In this document: one piece after another, positions 1 through 9,595 of the stretch
Layout of the letters: the number at the start of each line of letters is the position of its first letter
How positions within the stretch are numbered: position 1 is the first letter of the stretch
Assembly (NCBI GenBank): GCA_028705565.1
Contig: JAQWDH010000005.1
Span: 5,803 to 69,802, forward strand
DNA: 64,000 bases
Direction of reading: 5' to 3'
From: Patescibacteria group bacterium
GTDB lineage: Bacteria; Patescibacteriota; Patescibacteriia; Magasanikbacterales; GWA2-37-8
Notes under the pieces: generated by a model
What the model was told of the DNA's origin: nothing
The model's database searches: none
What the model saw: the letters and a program-made list of their open reading frames with translations, nothing else
Position numbers and translations under genes: made by a program

Positions 1-518
1 AAGTCCGCCGACTGCAAATGGAGCATGGCTTGGGTTTAGTGGTGATTGATTATTTGCAACTTATGGAAACGCGCGGAAACACTGAAAATCGCGTGCAAGA
101 AGTCGCGGAAATCACTCGCGGTCTCAAAAGCATAGCGCGCGAACTTAATGTTCCGGTAATCGCGCTGTCCCAGCTGTCGCGCGTGGTTGAACAAAGCAAG
201 CCGGCCATTCCGAAATTGTCGCATTTGCGCGAGTCCGGCTCAATTGAGCAGGACGCGGATGTTGTGATTTTTATTTATCGCAAAATGGCAGACCGCAATT
301 ATCGCGTGGAAGATATTCCTCCGGATGAAAAACGCATCGCCGAAATTCATATCGCCAAGCACCGCAATGGTCCGACAGGAATGATAAAACTTATTTTTGA
401 CGAAGAAAAAACGACTTTCAGAAATATGGATACTCGCTACAACGCTCCGCCTTCCGAGCCGGCGCTTAAGCCGAAGTCGGCTTTCGTTAAAACGAGCCCG
501 TCCATTCCGCCGATGTAA
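1..518 (+). CDS. dnaB: Replicative DNA helicase DnaB, C-terminal RecA-like domain (5'-partial, continues upstream of window)
   Basis: ORF track 18..518; motifs GLVVIDYLQLM, SIARELNVPVIALSQLSR, ESGSIEQDADVV, HIAKHRNGPTG typical of DnaB C-terminal ATPase domain. Confidence 0.85.
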   Translation, partial: VRRLQMEHGLGLVVIDYLQLMETRGNTENRVQEVAEITRGLKSIARELNVPVIALSQLSRVVEQSKPAIPKLSHLRESGSIEQDADVVIFIYRKMADRNYRVEDIPPDEKRIAEIHIAKHRNGPTGMIKLIFDEEKTTFRNMDTRYNAPPSEPALKPKSAFVKTSPSIPPM

Positions 519-557
519 ATGATGTAAATATAGCCGAAAACAAATCAATGCAATGCG

Positions 558-679
558 TTGTCATTGCGATCCCGACTTAGTCGGGAGAAGCAATCCCACG
601 GTTCGGTAGTGCCAATAATATATTTCTAAAACAATGGGATTGTTTCGTCGTTCGTTTCACTCACTCCTCGCAATGACAA
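558..679. repeat. GC-rich palindromic MITE-like element (termini ttgtcattgcga...tcgcaatgacaa; inner gcaatccca...tgggattg)
   Basis: Inverted-repeat termini and inner inverted repeat read directly; same family as in-frame copies inside leuS. Confidence 0.75.
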
Positions 680-718
680 CTAAGACAATAACAAAATAAT
701 TAATTAAATTTTTATACT

Positions 719-1021
719 ATGTCCGTATTTTCAAAACTAAAACAATTCAAGGACCTTCGCGAACAAGGCAAAAAACTGCAAGGCGCGATGGAAAAAGAAT
801 CAATAACAGTCAACGCGGCGGGAAATAAAATCGCTTTGACAATGGACGGCAATTTGCAAATCACAGGTCTAGCGATTGACGACGAAATGATGTCTCCGGA
901 TAAAAAAGAAAAATTGCAAAGCGCCATCAAGGACGCGCATTCAGAAGCGATTAAAAAAATACAAAGAATTATGGCCGGAAAAATGCAGGCCATGGGAGAA
1001 TTGCCGTGGCAAAAAAAATAA
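719..1021 (+). CDS. ybaB: Nucleoid-associated protein YbaB/EbfC
   Basis: 100 aa; conserved dnaX-ybaB-recR neighbourhood; sequence LQITGLAIDDEMMSPDKKEKLQSAIKDA typical of YbaB. Confidence 0.8.
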   Translation: MSVFSKLKQFKDLREQGKKLQGAMEKESITVNAAGNKIALTMDGNLQITGLAIDDEMMSPDKKEKLQSAIKDAHSEAIKKIQRIMAGKMQAMGELPWQKK

Positions 1022-1051
1022 TCTGAAAACACTTGATTAAAAAATCATTTC

Positions 1052-1648
1052 ATGTTTTCTCCTTCCATAGATAATTTAATCCGCGCGCTTAAAAACCTGC
1101 CTTCCGTCGGACAAAGAACGGCTGAAAGGTTTGTTTTTTATTGGCTCAAATCCGGAAAGAAAGAAGTGAATGATTTGCGCGAAGCTTTGGACAATCTTTT
1201 AAAAAATATTAAAAGCTGCGAAATTTGCTGGAATTTCGGAGATTCCAATCCTTGCCCGATTTGCCAAGACCAACGGCGAAACGCGGCCATTGTCGCAATT
1301 GTGGAAGACCCGCAAGACATTCCGGTGATAGAACAAACCGGAGAATTTAAAGGCCGCTACCATGTTTTGCGCGGACTTTTGGATTCCGGCGATGAAGAAA
1401 GTTTCAACAAAATAAAAATAAAAGAACTCCGGACGCGTTTGCAAACAGACAAGAACATCAAAGAAATAATTTTATCTTTAAACCCCAACCTGAACGGTGA
1501 AATGACAATGCTGTATCTGGAAAAAGAAATTAAAAAAAACAGGCCTGACATAAAAATCAGCCGGCTCGCGCGAGGATTGCCGATGGGCGCGGATTTGCAA
1601 TACGCGGATGAAATTACTCTTGGCAGCGCGATAAAAAACAGAAAATGA
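1052..1648 (+). CDS. recR: Recombination protein RecR
   Basis: 198 aa; C4 zinc finger CEICWNFGDSNPCPIC, Toprim domain; immediately follows ybaB. Confidence 0.9.
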   Translation: MFSPSIDNLIRALKNLPSVGQRTAERFVFYWLKSGKKEVNDLREALDNLLKNIKSCEICWNFGDSNPCPICQDQRRNAAIVAIVEDPQDIPVIEQTGEFKGRYHVLRGLLDSGDEESFNKIKIKELRTRLQTDKNIKEIILSLNPNLNGEMTMLYLEKEIKKNRPDIKISRLARGLPMGADLQYADEITLGSAIKNRK

Positions 1649-1726
1649 TTGAATTATTGGACAAAGATTCCACGTCTCCCCTCTCCACAGGCAAAGCGAA
1701 CCTCGCTCTCCGCCAAAGACGGATTA

Positions 1727-3055
1727 TCAGGAATGACAATTTGAAATTTGATTTTTGTCCACAATTCCAAGCCCTACAACAGCCCACCAAAATAAAATTC
1801 CAACACACAAACCAAAATAAAAATATTCAAAAAAACCGCCGACAAATAAAGTCGCCAAAACAGGCAGAAATAAAATGTTGCTTTTAAAAACATTTTTGGC
1901 AATCAAAAAAAGAAAGGTCATAAAAATCAAAAATCCGACAATGCCTGTTTCAGCCAAAATCATCAAATACATATTATGAACCGGCTGGTATTGCCACACC
2001 GGTAAATTGGACTTTTTTTGATAAAGAGTCAATGTATAATTACCAAGACCGACACCGAAAAACGGATGATTTTTCCAAATCTCCAACGACTCTTTAACCT
2101 GACTTTCTCTCGTTAAAATAGACATTGACTCAAGCCGATTAGTAAAATCAAAACGGGTAAAAAACAACGGCTTAAAAGCGAAAAAGAAAATAATTACGAT
2201 AAAAGCGTAAAAAATGAATTGTTTGAAAATGTTTTCCTTCACGCAAGGAATTTTTTCTTTTTTTAATAAAACCACTGCCCAAACCGCCGCCGCTCCGACA
2301 AGCGCCGCGAGCCACGCGCCGCGTGAAAAAGATAAAAGAAGACCGCTTAAAATAATCAACTGACCGAAAGAAATTAAAATTTTTATTTTAAAATTATTTT
2401 CACGCAAATACATTGTCAAACCAAGAACAAGCAAAACCGCCAAATAAATTCCCAATGGATTCGCGCCTCCCAAACTTCCATAAGCGCGCAGCCATCTTTC
2501 ATCGCCGAATTCAATCACATTCGCCCCCAAATCTGAAGAAATATGCCCGGAAAGCCCAAGCCACTTTGAAGCGAAAACATCTTGACTGAAAAATTGCCAA
2601 ACAGCCAAAATCCCTTGCGCGACTCCGCCCAACCATAACGCTCGCGCGAAACGCGATTTGTCGTTTAAACCAAAAAGAATGAAAAACAAAAAAATTCCTT
2701 CAATCAACCACATAAAATGCTGAGTGGCGATTTTCCAGTTTAAACTAAACTTAAAAATATAAAAACTTAAAAGTGATAAAATAACCGCGCAAAAAAATAA
2801 CAGAACACTTTTTTTGTTCATTGTCCATTGACGGATATTTCCTTTATTAAATTTTCCGACAGATGATAAAACAATCGCCGACAAAAGCAAAATTTCCGTT
2901 GCGTAAACGCAATAAGATCCGAATTCCCAAAATCCGCCGTTTAATTCTCCATAATGCCAAATCCACCTTGTTTGAAAAGGCAACAAAAAAAAGAAGGATA
3001 AAAAAATATAACCGCGAATTTTGTTTAAATTTAACATAATGCCGAAATTTGACAT
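1727..3055 (-). CDS. O-antigen ligase/Wzy-like polytopic membrane protein
   Basis: 442 aa, many TM helices, Wzy_C-like SFSRGAWLAALVG motif. Confidence 0.55.
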   Translation of the reverse strand: MSNFGIMLNLNKIRGYIFLSFFFLLPFQTRWIWHYGELNGGFWEFGSYCVYATEILLLSAIVLSSVGKFNKGNIRQWTMNKKSVLLFFCAVILSLLSFYIFKFSLNWKIATQHFMWLIEGIFLFFILFGLNDKSRFARALWLGGVAQGILAVWQFFSQDVFASKWLGLSGHISSDLGANVIEFGDERWLRAYGSLGGANPLGIYLAVLLVLGLTMYLRENNFKIKILISFGQLIILSGLLLSFSRGAWLAALVGAAAVWAVVLLKKEKIPCVKENIFKQFIFYAFIVIIFFFAFKPLFFTRFDFTNRLESMSILTRESQVKESLEIWKNHPFFGVGLGNYTLTLYQKKSNLPVWQYQPVHNMYLMILAETGIVGFLIFMTFLFLIAKNVFKSNILFLPVLATLFVGGFFEYFYFGLCVGILFWWAVVGLGIVDKNQISNCHS

Positions 3056-3097
3056 CCTTGTATTTTTTGCTCTTTTTCGGTATTATACAAGAAATTT

Positions 3098-4342
3098 ATG
3101 ACAGACACAAACTCGCGGATTTGGACAAAAATCAACAGCCGACTTGGCAAACATCGGTTTTTTTATGTATGCCGAGATTGGGAAAGAGCGGCGGCGATTT
3201 TAGGCGCGCAAAAATGCTTTATCATTACAAATTACGGACAGGAGGCTAAAAAAATTTCAGCGCGATATAAAAATATAATTTTAATTAAAGAAAAAAAATT
3301 GCTGGACACGAACGAATTGCTCGCGCGCGAAGAAATAAAATCACTCGTTAAAAAAAATGATTTTATAGTTGTATTTAAAAACACTCCTCAAATAGAAAAA
3401 ATATGCGCGCGCAATGGATGGAAATTGCTCAACCCACCGTCGGTTCTCGCTGAAAAAGTGGAGACCAAAATTTCGCAGGTGAAGTGGCTCGGCAATCTGT
3501 CAAGGTTCTTGCCTCCGCATAAAATAATTATTTGTAAAAATATAAAATGGAAACAGGAACGATTTATTTTGCAATTCAACCGAGCGCACACCGGCGGAGG
3601 CACCATACTCGTAAAAACAGAAAAACAACTCAACGAAATAAAAAATAAATTTCCTCTCCGCGAAGCTCGCGTCTCAGATTTTGTGGAAGGGCCAGTTTTT
3701 ACCAACAACAATATCGTTTGGAACGACAATGTTCTTTGCGGCAATATAAATTACCAAATAACCGGTCTCACGCCTTTTACCGACCGCCCTTTTGCCACTA
3801 TTGGCAATGATTGGGCTTTGCCGAATAAAATTTTGTCAAAAAAACAAATCAACGAATATCAAAAAATCGCTAATTTAATCGGAAAAAAACTATCAAGGGA
3901 CGGCTGGAAAGGATTATTCGGAATTGATATTGTAATGGATAAAAAAACCGGCAAACTTTATCTTCTGGAAATAAACGCCCGCCAGCCGGCATCAACGACT
4001 TATGAATCGCAACTGCAAAAAAAAGCGTCATCCGAAAATTATCTCACTACGTTTGAAGCGCATTTGGGAAGTTTGTTAAAAATCAAATACGACAACCCTG
4101 AATTGACAGAAATCAAAAATGGATCGCAGATTGTTCGCAGAATAACTGAAAACAAAAAAATCAATAATACAAAACTTAACGAAGCGAAAAAAAAACTGAT
4201 GAAAAATGGATTTAACGCCATCGCGTACGAAAATACCGAACCGGGCTCGGATTTATTGCGAATACAAATCAAAAACGGAATTATGACCGAACATAACAAA
4301 CTAAACGAAATCGGGAAATTAATAAAAAAATGTTTAAACTGA
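3098..4342 (+). CDS. ATP-grasp domain protein
   Basis: 414 aa; C-terminal ATP-grasp signature GLFGIDIVMDKKTGKLYLLEINARQPAST. Confidence 0.6.
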   Translation: MTDTNSRIWTKINSRLGKHRFFYVCRDWERAAAILGAQKCFIITNYGQEAKKISARYKNIILIKEKKLLDTNELLAREEIKSLVKKNDFIVVFKNTPQIEKICARNGWKLLNPPSVLAEKVETKISQVKWLGNLSRFLPPHKIIICKNIKWKQERFILQFNRAHTGGGTILVKTEKQLNEIKNKFPLREARVSDFVEGPVFTNNNIVWNDNVLCGNINYQITGLTPFTDRPFATIGNDWALPNKILSKKQINEYQKIANLIGKKLSRDGWKGLFGIDIVMDKKTGKLYLLEINARQPASTTYESQLQKKASSENYLTTFEAHLGSLLKIKYDNPELTEIKNGSQIVRRITENKKINNTKLNEAKKKLMKNGFNAIAYENTEPGSDLLRIQIKNGIMTEHNKLNEIGKLIKKCLN

Positions 4343-4345
4343 AAT

Positions 4346-5101
4346 ATGCTCTCTCCGCGAGCCGAACAACTTATAACTGAATATCTTAATCTCCCCTTTC
4401 CTGGCGTTATCGGCGCGCGCTGTCCGTATTTTAACAACATCCGCTCCAAGCAACGCGCCCAACTTGGGGTTTTAATCGGCAAAGGAAGTCCTCTGGAAAT
4501 AATTGAAGAAGCGCAAATTATCGCCACCCAATATCGCGCCAAAGAAATTTTGTCTTCAACCCCTGAAAAAATACGCGAGTTTCTAATCAATAATAATCTC
4601 GGGATTGAATGTTCCGGTTTTGTAACGCGCGTTTTATCCGCGCACTTCCGAGAAACCGCCGGCGTTGATTTAATTAAAAAATTATTTATCGTGTCGCCAA
4701 AATATTTTTTGCGCTGGATCATTACCAAATTAAGGCCGATTGAAAATATCAACGTAAATGTCTACGCGAACGATAAAAACACGAAAAAAATAAAATGGCG
4801 AGACGCGCGCGCCGGAGATGTGATAATATTTCTTGGTACGAACTCGCGTTACAATCGCAATCACATTATTTTAATAACCGAAAAAAACGACCAAACCGCG
4901 AAATATGCCCACGCGCGAGCTTGGGCAAGCGAAGGAAAATACGGACATGGGGTCTGCGAAGGTGAAATCAAAACCGTAAACCCAAACGGAGAAATCATTG
5001 AACAAACATGGGTTGAAAAAAACAAAATCGGATCGGAAAATGAAACTTATTTGGAAGCTGTACAGGCCAAAACCGTGGAAATAAGAAGAATTAAAATTTA
5101 A
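4346..5101 (+). CDS. Hypothetical protein, possible papain-like cysteine peptidase (NlpC/P60/CHAP-like?)
   Basis: 251 aa; candidate catalytic Cys in GIECSGFVTRVL and His in NRNHIILITE; family assignment weak. Confidence 0.3.
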   Translation: MLSPRAEQLITEYLNLPFPGVIGARCPYFNNIRSKQRAQLGVLIGKGSPLEIIEEAQIIATQYRAKEILSSTPEKIREFLINNNLGIECSGFVTRVLSAHFRETAGVDLIKKLFIVSPKYFLRWIITKLRPIENINVNVYANDKNTKKIKWRDARAGDVIIFLGTNSRYNRNHIILITEKNDQTAKYAHARAWASEGKYGHGVCEGEIKTVNPNGEIIEQTWVEKNKIGSENETYLEAVQAKTVEIRRIKI

Positions 5102-5121
5102 TTCTTATTGAATTTTAAACT

Positions 5122-6252
5122 ATGGACATCACGCCGTTTTCATTGGACCTTTTGAAGCTCGCGCTGATTTTTCTTTTTACATCAGCAATCGGGGCTTTTT
5201 TGTGGGCGCCGATTCTGACTAAAATTTTATATAAATACAAACTCGTCCGCGGCGCTGAATATGATTTTACGCTGAAATCCGGCGAACGGAAACAAAAAAT
5301 CGGCACGCCGATTATGGGTGGGCTTTTGGTTATTATCACGGTTACGATTATCACAATACTGTTCAATTGGCAAAGAAAATACACTTATGTTCCAATAGGC
5401 GTTATGGGCATATCTGCTCTTTTGGGCGCCGCTGATGATATCTTAAATATTTACGGTCAAAAAAGAAGAAACCGCGACTGGCAACACACTATTATTTTAA
5501 TCAAGGTGCACAAAAATTATCTGATGAGATTTTGGTATCTGCTTACTTTGCCGTGGACCGCTTTTAAACGCGTTGTTTCCGTATTCGGTTCGCATCCGGG
5601 TAAAGGAATACAAGTTCATGAAAAATTAATTTTTCAATTTATCGCCGGCGCGATTACCGCGTGGTGGATTTATTTCAAACTCGGGCCGTATTGGCATTCT
5701 TTACGCATACCGTTTGACGGACAGATGTTCGTCGGCTGGTGGATTATACCGATTATAATTTTTTTCGTAATATTCACGGCGAACGCGGTTAATATCGCCG
5801 ATGGTTTGGACGGTCTCGCCGGCGGTTCTCTTATCGCAACTTTTCTCGGACTTACAATCATCAGCTGGGCAGAGGGAAGACCGGCTTATACAATTCTTAA
5901 CGCCACGGTTTCTGGAGCGTTGTTGGCTTACACTTATTTCAACGTAAAACCGGCCAGATTTCAAATGGGCGATGTCGGCTCTTTGGGTTTGGGAGCGCTA
6001 TTCGCCATCAATACAATTGCAATCAACCATACGCTTTTGATACCTTTATTCGGATTTATTTTTTATTTGGAAATTTTTTCGGTTATTTTGCAGGTGTTTT
6101 CCAGGCGAATTTTTGGACGCAGATTGTTGAAAATGGCGCCGCTGCATCATCATTTTGAATTCAAGGGCTGGAACGAAGAAAAAATCGTAATGCGATTTTG
6201 GCTCATACATTTGTTTGTTGTTATCGTCGCGATTTGGATGTCTTTAAATTGA
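5122..6252 (+). CDS. mraY: Phospho-N-acetylmuramoyl-pentapeptide transferase MraY
   Basis: 376 aa polytopic; ANAVNIADGLDGLAGG and APLHHHFE motifs of MraY/WecA superfamily. Confidence 0.85.
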   Translation: MDITPFSLDLLKLALIFLFTSAIGAFLWAPILTKILYKYKLVRGAEYDFTLKSGERKQKIGTPIMGGLLVIITVTIITILFNWQRKYTYVPIGVMGISALLGAADDILNIYGQKRRNRDWQHTIILIKVHKNYLMRFWYLLTLPWTAFKRVVSVFGSHPGKGIQVHEKLIFQFIAGAITAWWIYFKLGPYWHSLRIPFDGQMFVGWWIIPIIIFFVIFTANAVNIADGLDGLAGGSLIATFLGLTIISWAEGRPAYTILNATVSGALLAYTYFNVKPARFQMGDVGSLGLGALFAINTIAINHTLLIPLFGFIFYLEIFSVILQVFSRRIFGRRLLKMAPLHHHFEFKGWNEEKIVMRFWLIHLFVVIVAIWMSLN

Positions 6253-6255
6253 TTT

Positions 6256-6903
6256 ATGTCTTCTTATTTGACTTGGGACAGAATTAAAAATACGGATTTT
6301 TCCGAAACAAAAATAAACTCGCTTTACAACGAAGGGTATCTTTTTACGCGAATCGGAAAAGGCATCATGGACCAAACAAGAAGCGCGCGGATTGATTTGA
6401 ATAAATTCAATTTATCAAGCGAAAACAAACGGATATTGAAAAAAATGGAAAACGCGCGAATGGAAATAAAACCGATTCCATTGCTTGATTATGAATGGTC
6501 GGTGCATAAAATGGGAAAAGATTTTTATGAAAAAAAATTCGGGCCCGAAATTTTCAGTGCGCAAAAAATAAAAGAATTGATTACTGACAAAGAAAAAAGC
6601 AATTTTAACCGGCTGTTCGTTTTTTCAATCAATGACAAACCGGCTGGTTATTGCATCACTCTTGAAACCGACGAAATTTTGCATTATTCTTATCCCTTTT
6701 ATCAGCTATCGCTCCACATCGGCATGGGCATGATGACCAAGGCGGTGGCATGGGCAAAAGAAAAAAACAAAAAATATGTTTATCTTGGTTCGGCGCAACG
6801 CCCGACTGACGTTTATAAATTTCAATTTGAAGGCATGGAGTGGTTTGACGGCAAACAATGGATGAATGACATTAAAAAACTTAAAGAAATATTAAAAAAT
6901 TAA
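6256..6903 (+). CDS. Aminoacyl-tRNA-dependent transferase-like protein (ATE_C/Bpt-like GNAT fold; Fem-like alternative)
   Basis: 215 aa; C-terminal YVYLGSAQRPTDVYKFQFEGMEWFDGKQW resembles ATE_C/Bpt signature; sits in peptidoglycan gene context. Confidence 0.4.
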   Translation: MSSYLTWDRIKNTDFSETKINSLYNEGYLFTRIGKGIMDQTRSARIDLNKFNLSSENKRILKKMENARMEIKPIPLLDYEWSVHKMGKDFYEKKFGPEIFSAQKIKELITDKEKSNFNRLFVFSINDKPAGYCITLETDEILHYSYPFYQLSLHIGMGMMTKAVAWAKEKNKKYVYLGSAQRPTDVYKFQFEGMEWFDGKQWMNDIKKLKEILKN

Positions 6904-6928
6904 TGATATAAATTATTTTGCATATAGA

Positions 6929-7017
6929 GCTAAAATATTTTTTTATCTTTTTATTACCAACCGCCCGCAGGCGGCGGTCCTGAAAGGCCGTTTAAAAAGA
7001 TAAAAAAATATTTTAGC
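6929..7017. repeat. Structured intergenic element: about 24-bp AT-rich inverted repeat enclosing GC-rich hairpins
   Basis: gctaaaatatttttttatcttttt ... aaaaagataaaaaaatattttagc are exact reverse complements; inner ccgcc-cgcag-gcggcgg and ggcc hairpins. Confidence 0.7.
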
Positions 7018-7041
7018 GATATCGCGGAATTCTAATAAATT

Positions 7042-8421
7042 ATGAAACACATTCACTTTATCGGAATATGCGGCGTGGGTATGAGCGCGCTGGCTATACT
7101 CTGGCAAAAAAAAGGGTGGAAAGTCACCGGTTCAGATGCCGGATTTTTTCCGCCGATTTCAACTCATCTGAAAAAACACGGGATTGAATTTTACCCGGGA
7201 TGGCATCCGGAAAAAATGACCGGACAAGAAGGGTCTCTGCCCGATTTGGTTGTAGTCGGCAACGTGGCGGCTTCTGAAAATCCGGAATGGAAATTCACGC
7301 TTGAAAATAAAATTCCTTATGTTTCTTATCCTGAACTTATAGCGAAAAACTTGGTTAAAAAAAATTCTATCATCTGCGCCGGAACTTACGGCAAAACTTC
7401 CACAACGGCCATACTCGCTTGGATTTTAAAAAACGCGAATTATAAACCTTCATATATGTTCGGCGGTTTGAGTTTGGATATGGAAGAAAGCGCCGACGAT
7501 TTAGGCGGAGATTGGAGCATATTGGAAGGAGACGAATATAAAGCAAGTAGATGGGACAACCGAGCCAAGTTTTTTTCTTATCAACCGACGCATCTTTTGC
7601 TTACGGCGACTGAATGGGACCACGCGGATATTTACCCGACTGAAAAAGATTATTTTAACGCTTTTCGCGAGTTGATAAAAATAATTCCGGAAAACGGATT
7701 GATTGTCATTTCGGAAAATGTTCCTGAGAGCATAATATCTTTGTCGCGCGCAAAAATTTTAAAATACGGAAAAAAAGAAAATTGCGATTATGGATATTCG
7801 GATGTTAAAATCGATAAAAACGGAATCGCTTTAAAAATAACTTTCGGAAATTCTCATTTTTTCGTTTCATCCAATGTAATTGGAGAATACATGGCTGAAA
7901 ATATCTGCGGAGCGTTCGCTTTGGCGCGCGAAATCGGAATCGCGCCGGAAACGATTATCAAATCGCTCGCCGATTTTAACGGGTTGAAAAGAAGGATGGA
8001 AAAAAGAGGAAAAACTCAATCTGGAGCGGATGTTTTTGACGATATCGCCCACTCGCCAGCGAAAGCCAAGTCGGTTCTGGAAACATTAAAAAAAATATAT
8101 AACGGCAAAATTTACGCGATTTTTGAGCCGAACACCGGAAACCGCCAGCCGCAATCCGCGCCGCAATACGATTACGCTTTTGCCGCGGCCGACGAAGTTA
8201 TAATTCCGCGCCTTACAAAAATAAAATCATCCGAGGAACAAAAACACTTGAATGGCGGCGAATTGGCCAACATTATATTTCGCTCGCATAGCGCGGTAAA
8301 ACACATTGAGGACGACGATTACTTGATAAATTACATAAAACAAAAAACACAGCCGCGAGACGCTGTCGTGTTTCTGGGTAGCCATGGTTTCAGAGGAATG
8401 ATTGAAAAAATATTAGATTGA
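7042..8421 (+). CDS. murC: Mur ligase family: UDP-N-acetylmuramate--L-alanine ligase MurC or murein peptide ligase Mpl
   Basis: 459 aa; N-terminal HFIGICGVGMSALA and central Mur ligase domain GTYGKTSTT. Confidence 0.7.
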   Translation: MKHIHFIGICGVGMSALAILWQKKGWKVTGSDAGFFPPISTHLKKHGIEFYPGWHPEKMTGQEGSLPDLVVVGNVAASENPEWKFTLENKIPYVSYPELIAKNLVKKNSIICAGTYGKTSTTAILAWILKNANYKPSYMFGGLSLDMEESADDLGGDWSILEGDEYKASRWDNRAKFFSYQPTHLLLTATEWDHADIYPTEKDYFNAFRELIKIIPENGLIVISENVPESIISLSRAKILKYGKKENCDYGYSDVKIDKNGIALKITFGNSHFFVSSNVIGEYMAENICGAFALAREIGIAPETIIKSLADFNGLKRRMEKRGKTQSGADVFDDIAHSPAKAKSVLETLKKIYNGKIYAIFEPNTGNRQPQSAPQYDYAFAAADEVIIPRLTKIKSSEEQKHLNGGELANIIFRSHSAVKHIEDDDYLINYIKQKTQPRDAVVFLGSHGFRGMIEKILD

Positions 8422-8435
8422 TGTTGAAGCTGAAT

Positions 8436-8600
8436 TCACTTGCCCTCGTCAACAACTTCTGTTTTTACTTCATCGCCGTCAATTGAAACAATCTGCAAAG
8501 TAATACCGCAAATATCGCATTCAATCACATGACCGGCGGCCAAATTCGGATAATTTGACAAATTGATTTCATTTTTACATTCTAAACAAATAAGTTTCAT
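8436..8600 (-). CDS. Small zinc-ribbon protein, LysW-like (not in ORF track; 54 aa)
   Basis: Own translation: MKLICLECKNEINLSNYPNLAAGHVIECDICGITLQIVSIDGDEVKTEVVDEGK; CxxC...CxxC with acidic tail, pattern like LysW/ArgW carrier proteins but ends in Lys, not Glu. Confidence 0.4.
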   Translation of the reverse strand: MKLICLECKNEINLSNYPNLAAGHVIECDICGITLQIVSIDGDEVKTEVVDEGK

Positions 8601-8662
8601 AAAAAAATGAATTATGAATATCCAACTAAAATAGTATATAATAAAAACGCAAAAAAGTAAAT

Positions 8663-9562
8663 ATGTTAACTCCTCAATTTAAAACTCCCCGACTCGCTAA
8701 AATAATTGGGTTAAAAAACGAATTATATCTTAAACGAGAGGACTTGCATCCTTATGGTTCGCACAAGGGACGCTCAATTCCTTTAATGATTGAAAAATAC
8801 GCCAAAGAAAAGCTGCGCGATTTTGTCGTTTCGTCTTCCGGCAACGCCGCGCTGGCCTCGGCTTTATATATTTCAGAATATAACAAACGGCATCCGCAAA
8901 AATCTCTTACTTTAAAAATATTCGTCGGAAAAAATATTGAAAAAGAAAAAATGAAAAATTTAAAAAGAACAATTCGCGGCAAAAAATTCATAATTCTATC
9001 GCAAACAGCGAACCCGAAACAATCGGCTTTTCAGATGGAAAAAAATAATTTGGCAAAAAACTTGCGGCAGTCAACGGATGATAGCGCTTTAATCGGCTAT
9101 AAAAAATTGGCCGCTGAATTATCAAAAATAAAAAATTTATCCGCCGTGTTCATCCCTACTTCCAGCGGCGCGACCGCGCAGGCGATTTATCTTAGTTTTA
9201 AAAAAATCGGAATCAATCCGCAAATTCACATTGTTCAAACTACCGCCTGTCACCCAATCGCCGATGAAATTAACAAAGACGAAGAACAAACGATTGAAAA
9301 TACAAAAAAATCTTTGGCATCCGCCATCGTTGATAAAATAGCTCACAGAAAAAAAGAGGTGTCGGAAGCGGTAAAAAAAAGCAACGGCGACGGCTGGATA
9401 ATAAATGACCAAGAAATAAAAACCGCGATAAAAATAACTGAAAAAACGACCGGCATTAAAATCTCGCCAAACAGCGCGTTGTCCATGGCCGGCCTATCGC
9501 AAGCCGTAAAACAAGGTCGTCAATTCTCCGGTTCGGTCGTTTGTCTGCTCACTGGAAAATAA
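8663..9562 (+). CDS. PLP-dependent enzyme, fold-type II (ThrC/CysK/TrpB-like)
   Basis: 299 aa; LHPYGSHKGRS with candidate PLP lysine, Gly-rich SSSGNAALA loop. Confidence 0.5.
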   Translation: MLTPQFKTPRLAKIIGLKNELYLKREDLHPYGSHKGRSIPLMIEKYAKEKLRDFVVSSSGNAALASALYISEYNKRHPQKSLTLKIFVGKNIEKEKMKNLKRTIRGKKFIILSQTANPKQSAFQMEKNNLAKNLRQSTDDSALIGYKKLAAELSKIKNLSAVFIPTSSGATAQAIYLSFKKIGINPQIHIVQTTACHPIADEINKDEEQTIENTKKSLASAIVDKIAHRKKEVSEAVKKSNGDGWIINDQEIKTAIKITEKTTGIKISPNSALSMAGLSQAVKQGRQFSGSVVCLLTGK

Positions 9563-9595
9563 TTAAAAAAGGAAGGTTTTGTCCTTCCTATGACT

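Noticed and set aside
36-548. Minus-strand ORFs 36..224 and 240..548 inside dnaB
   Set aside because: Antisense to a strongly conserved DnaB C-terminal domain. No independent support.
1645-1887. ORF 1645..1887 (+) after recR
   Set aside because: Overlaps the 3' end of the Wzy-like minus-strand gene. Low-complexity product, no SD.
3049-3249. ORF 3049..3249 (+) overlapping the start of the ATP-grasp gene and the end of the Wzy-like gene
   Set aside because: Short, overlaps two better-supported genes, no distinct start signal.
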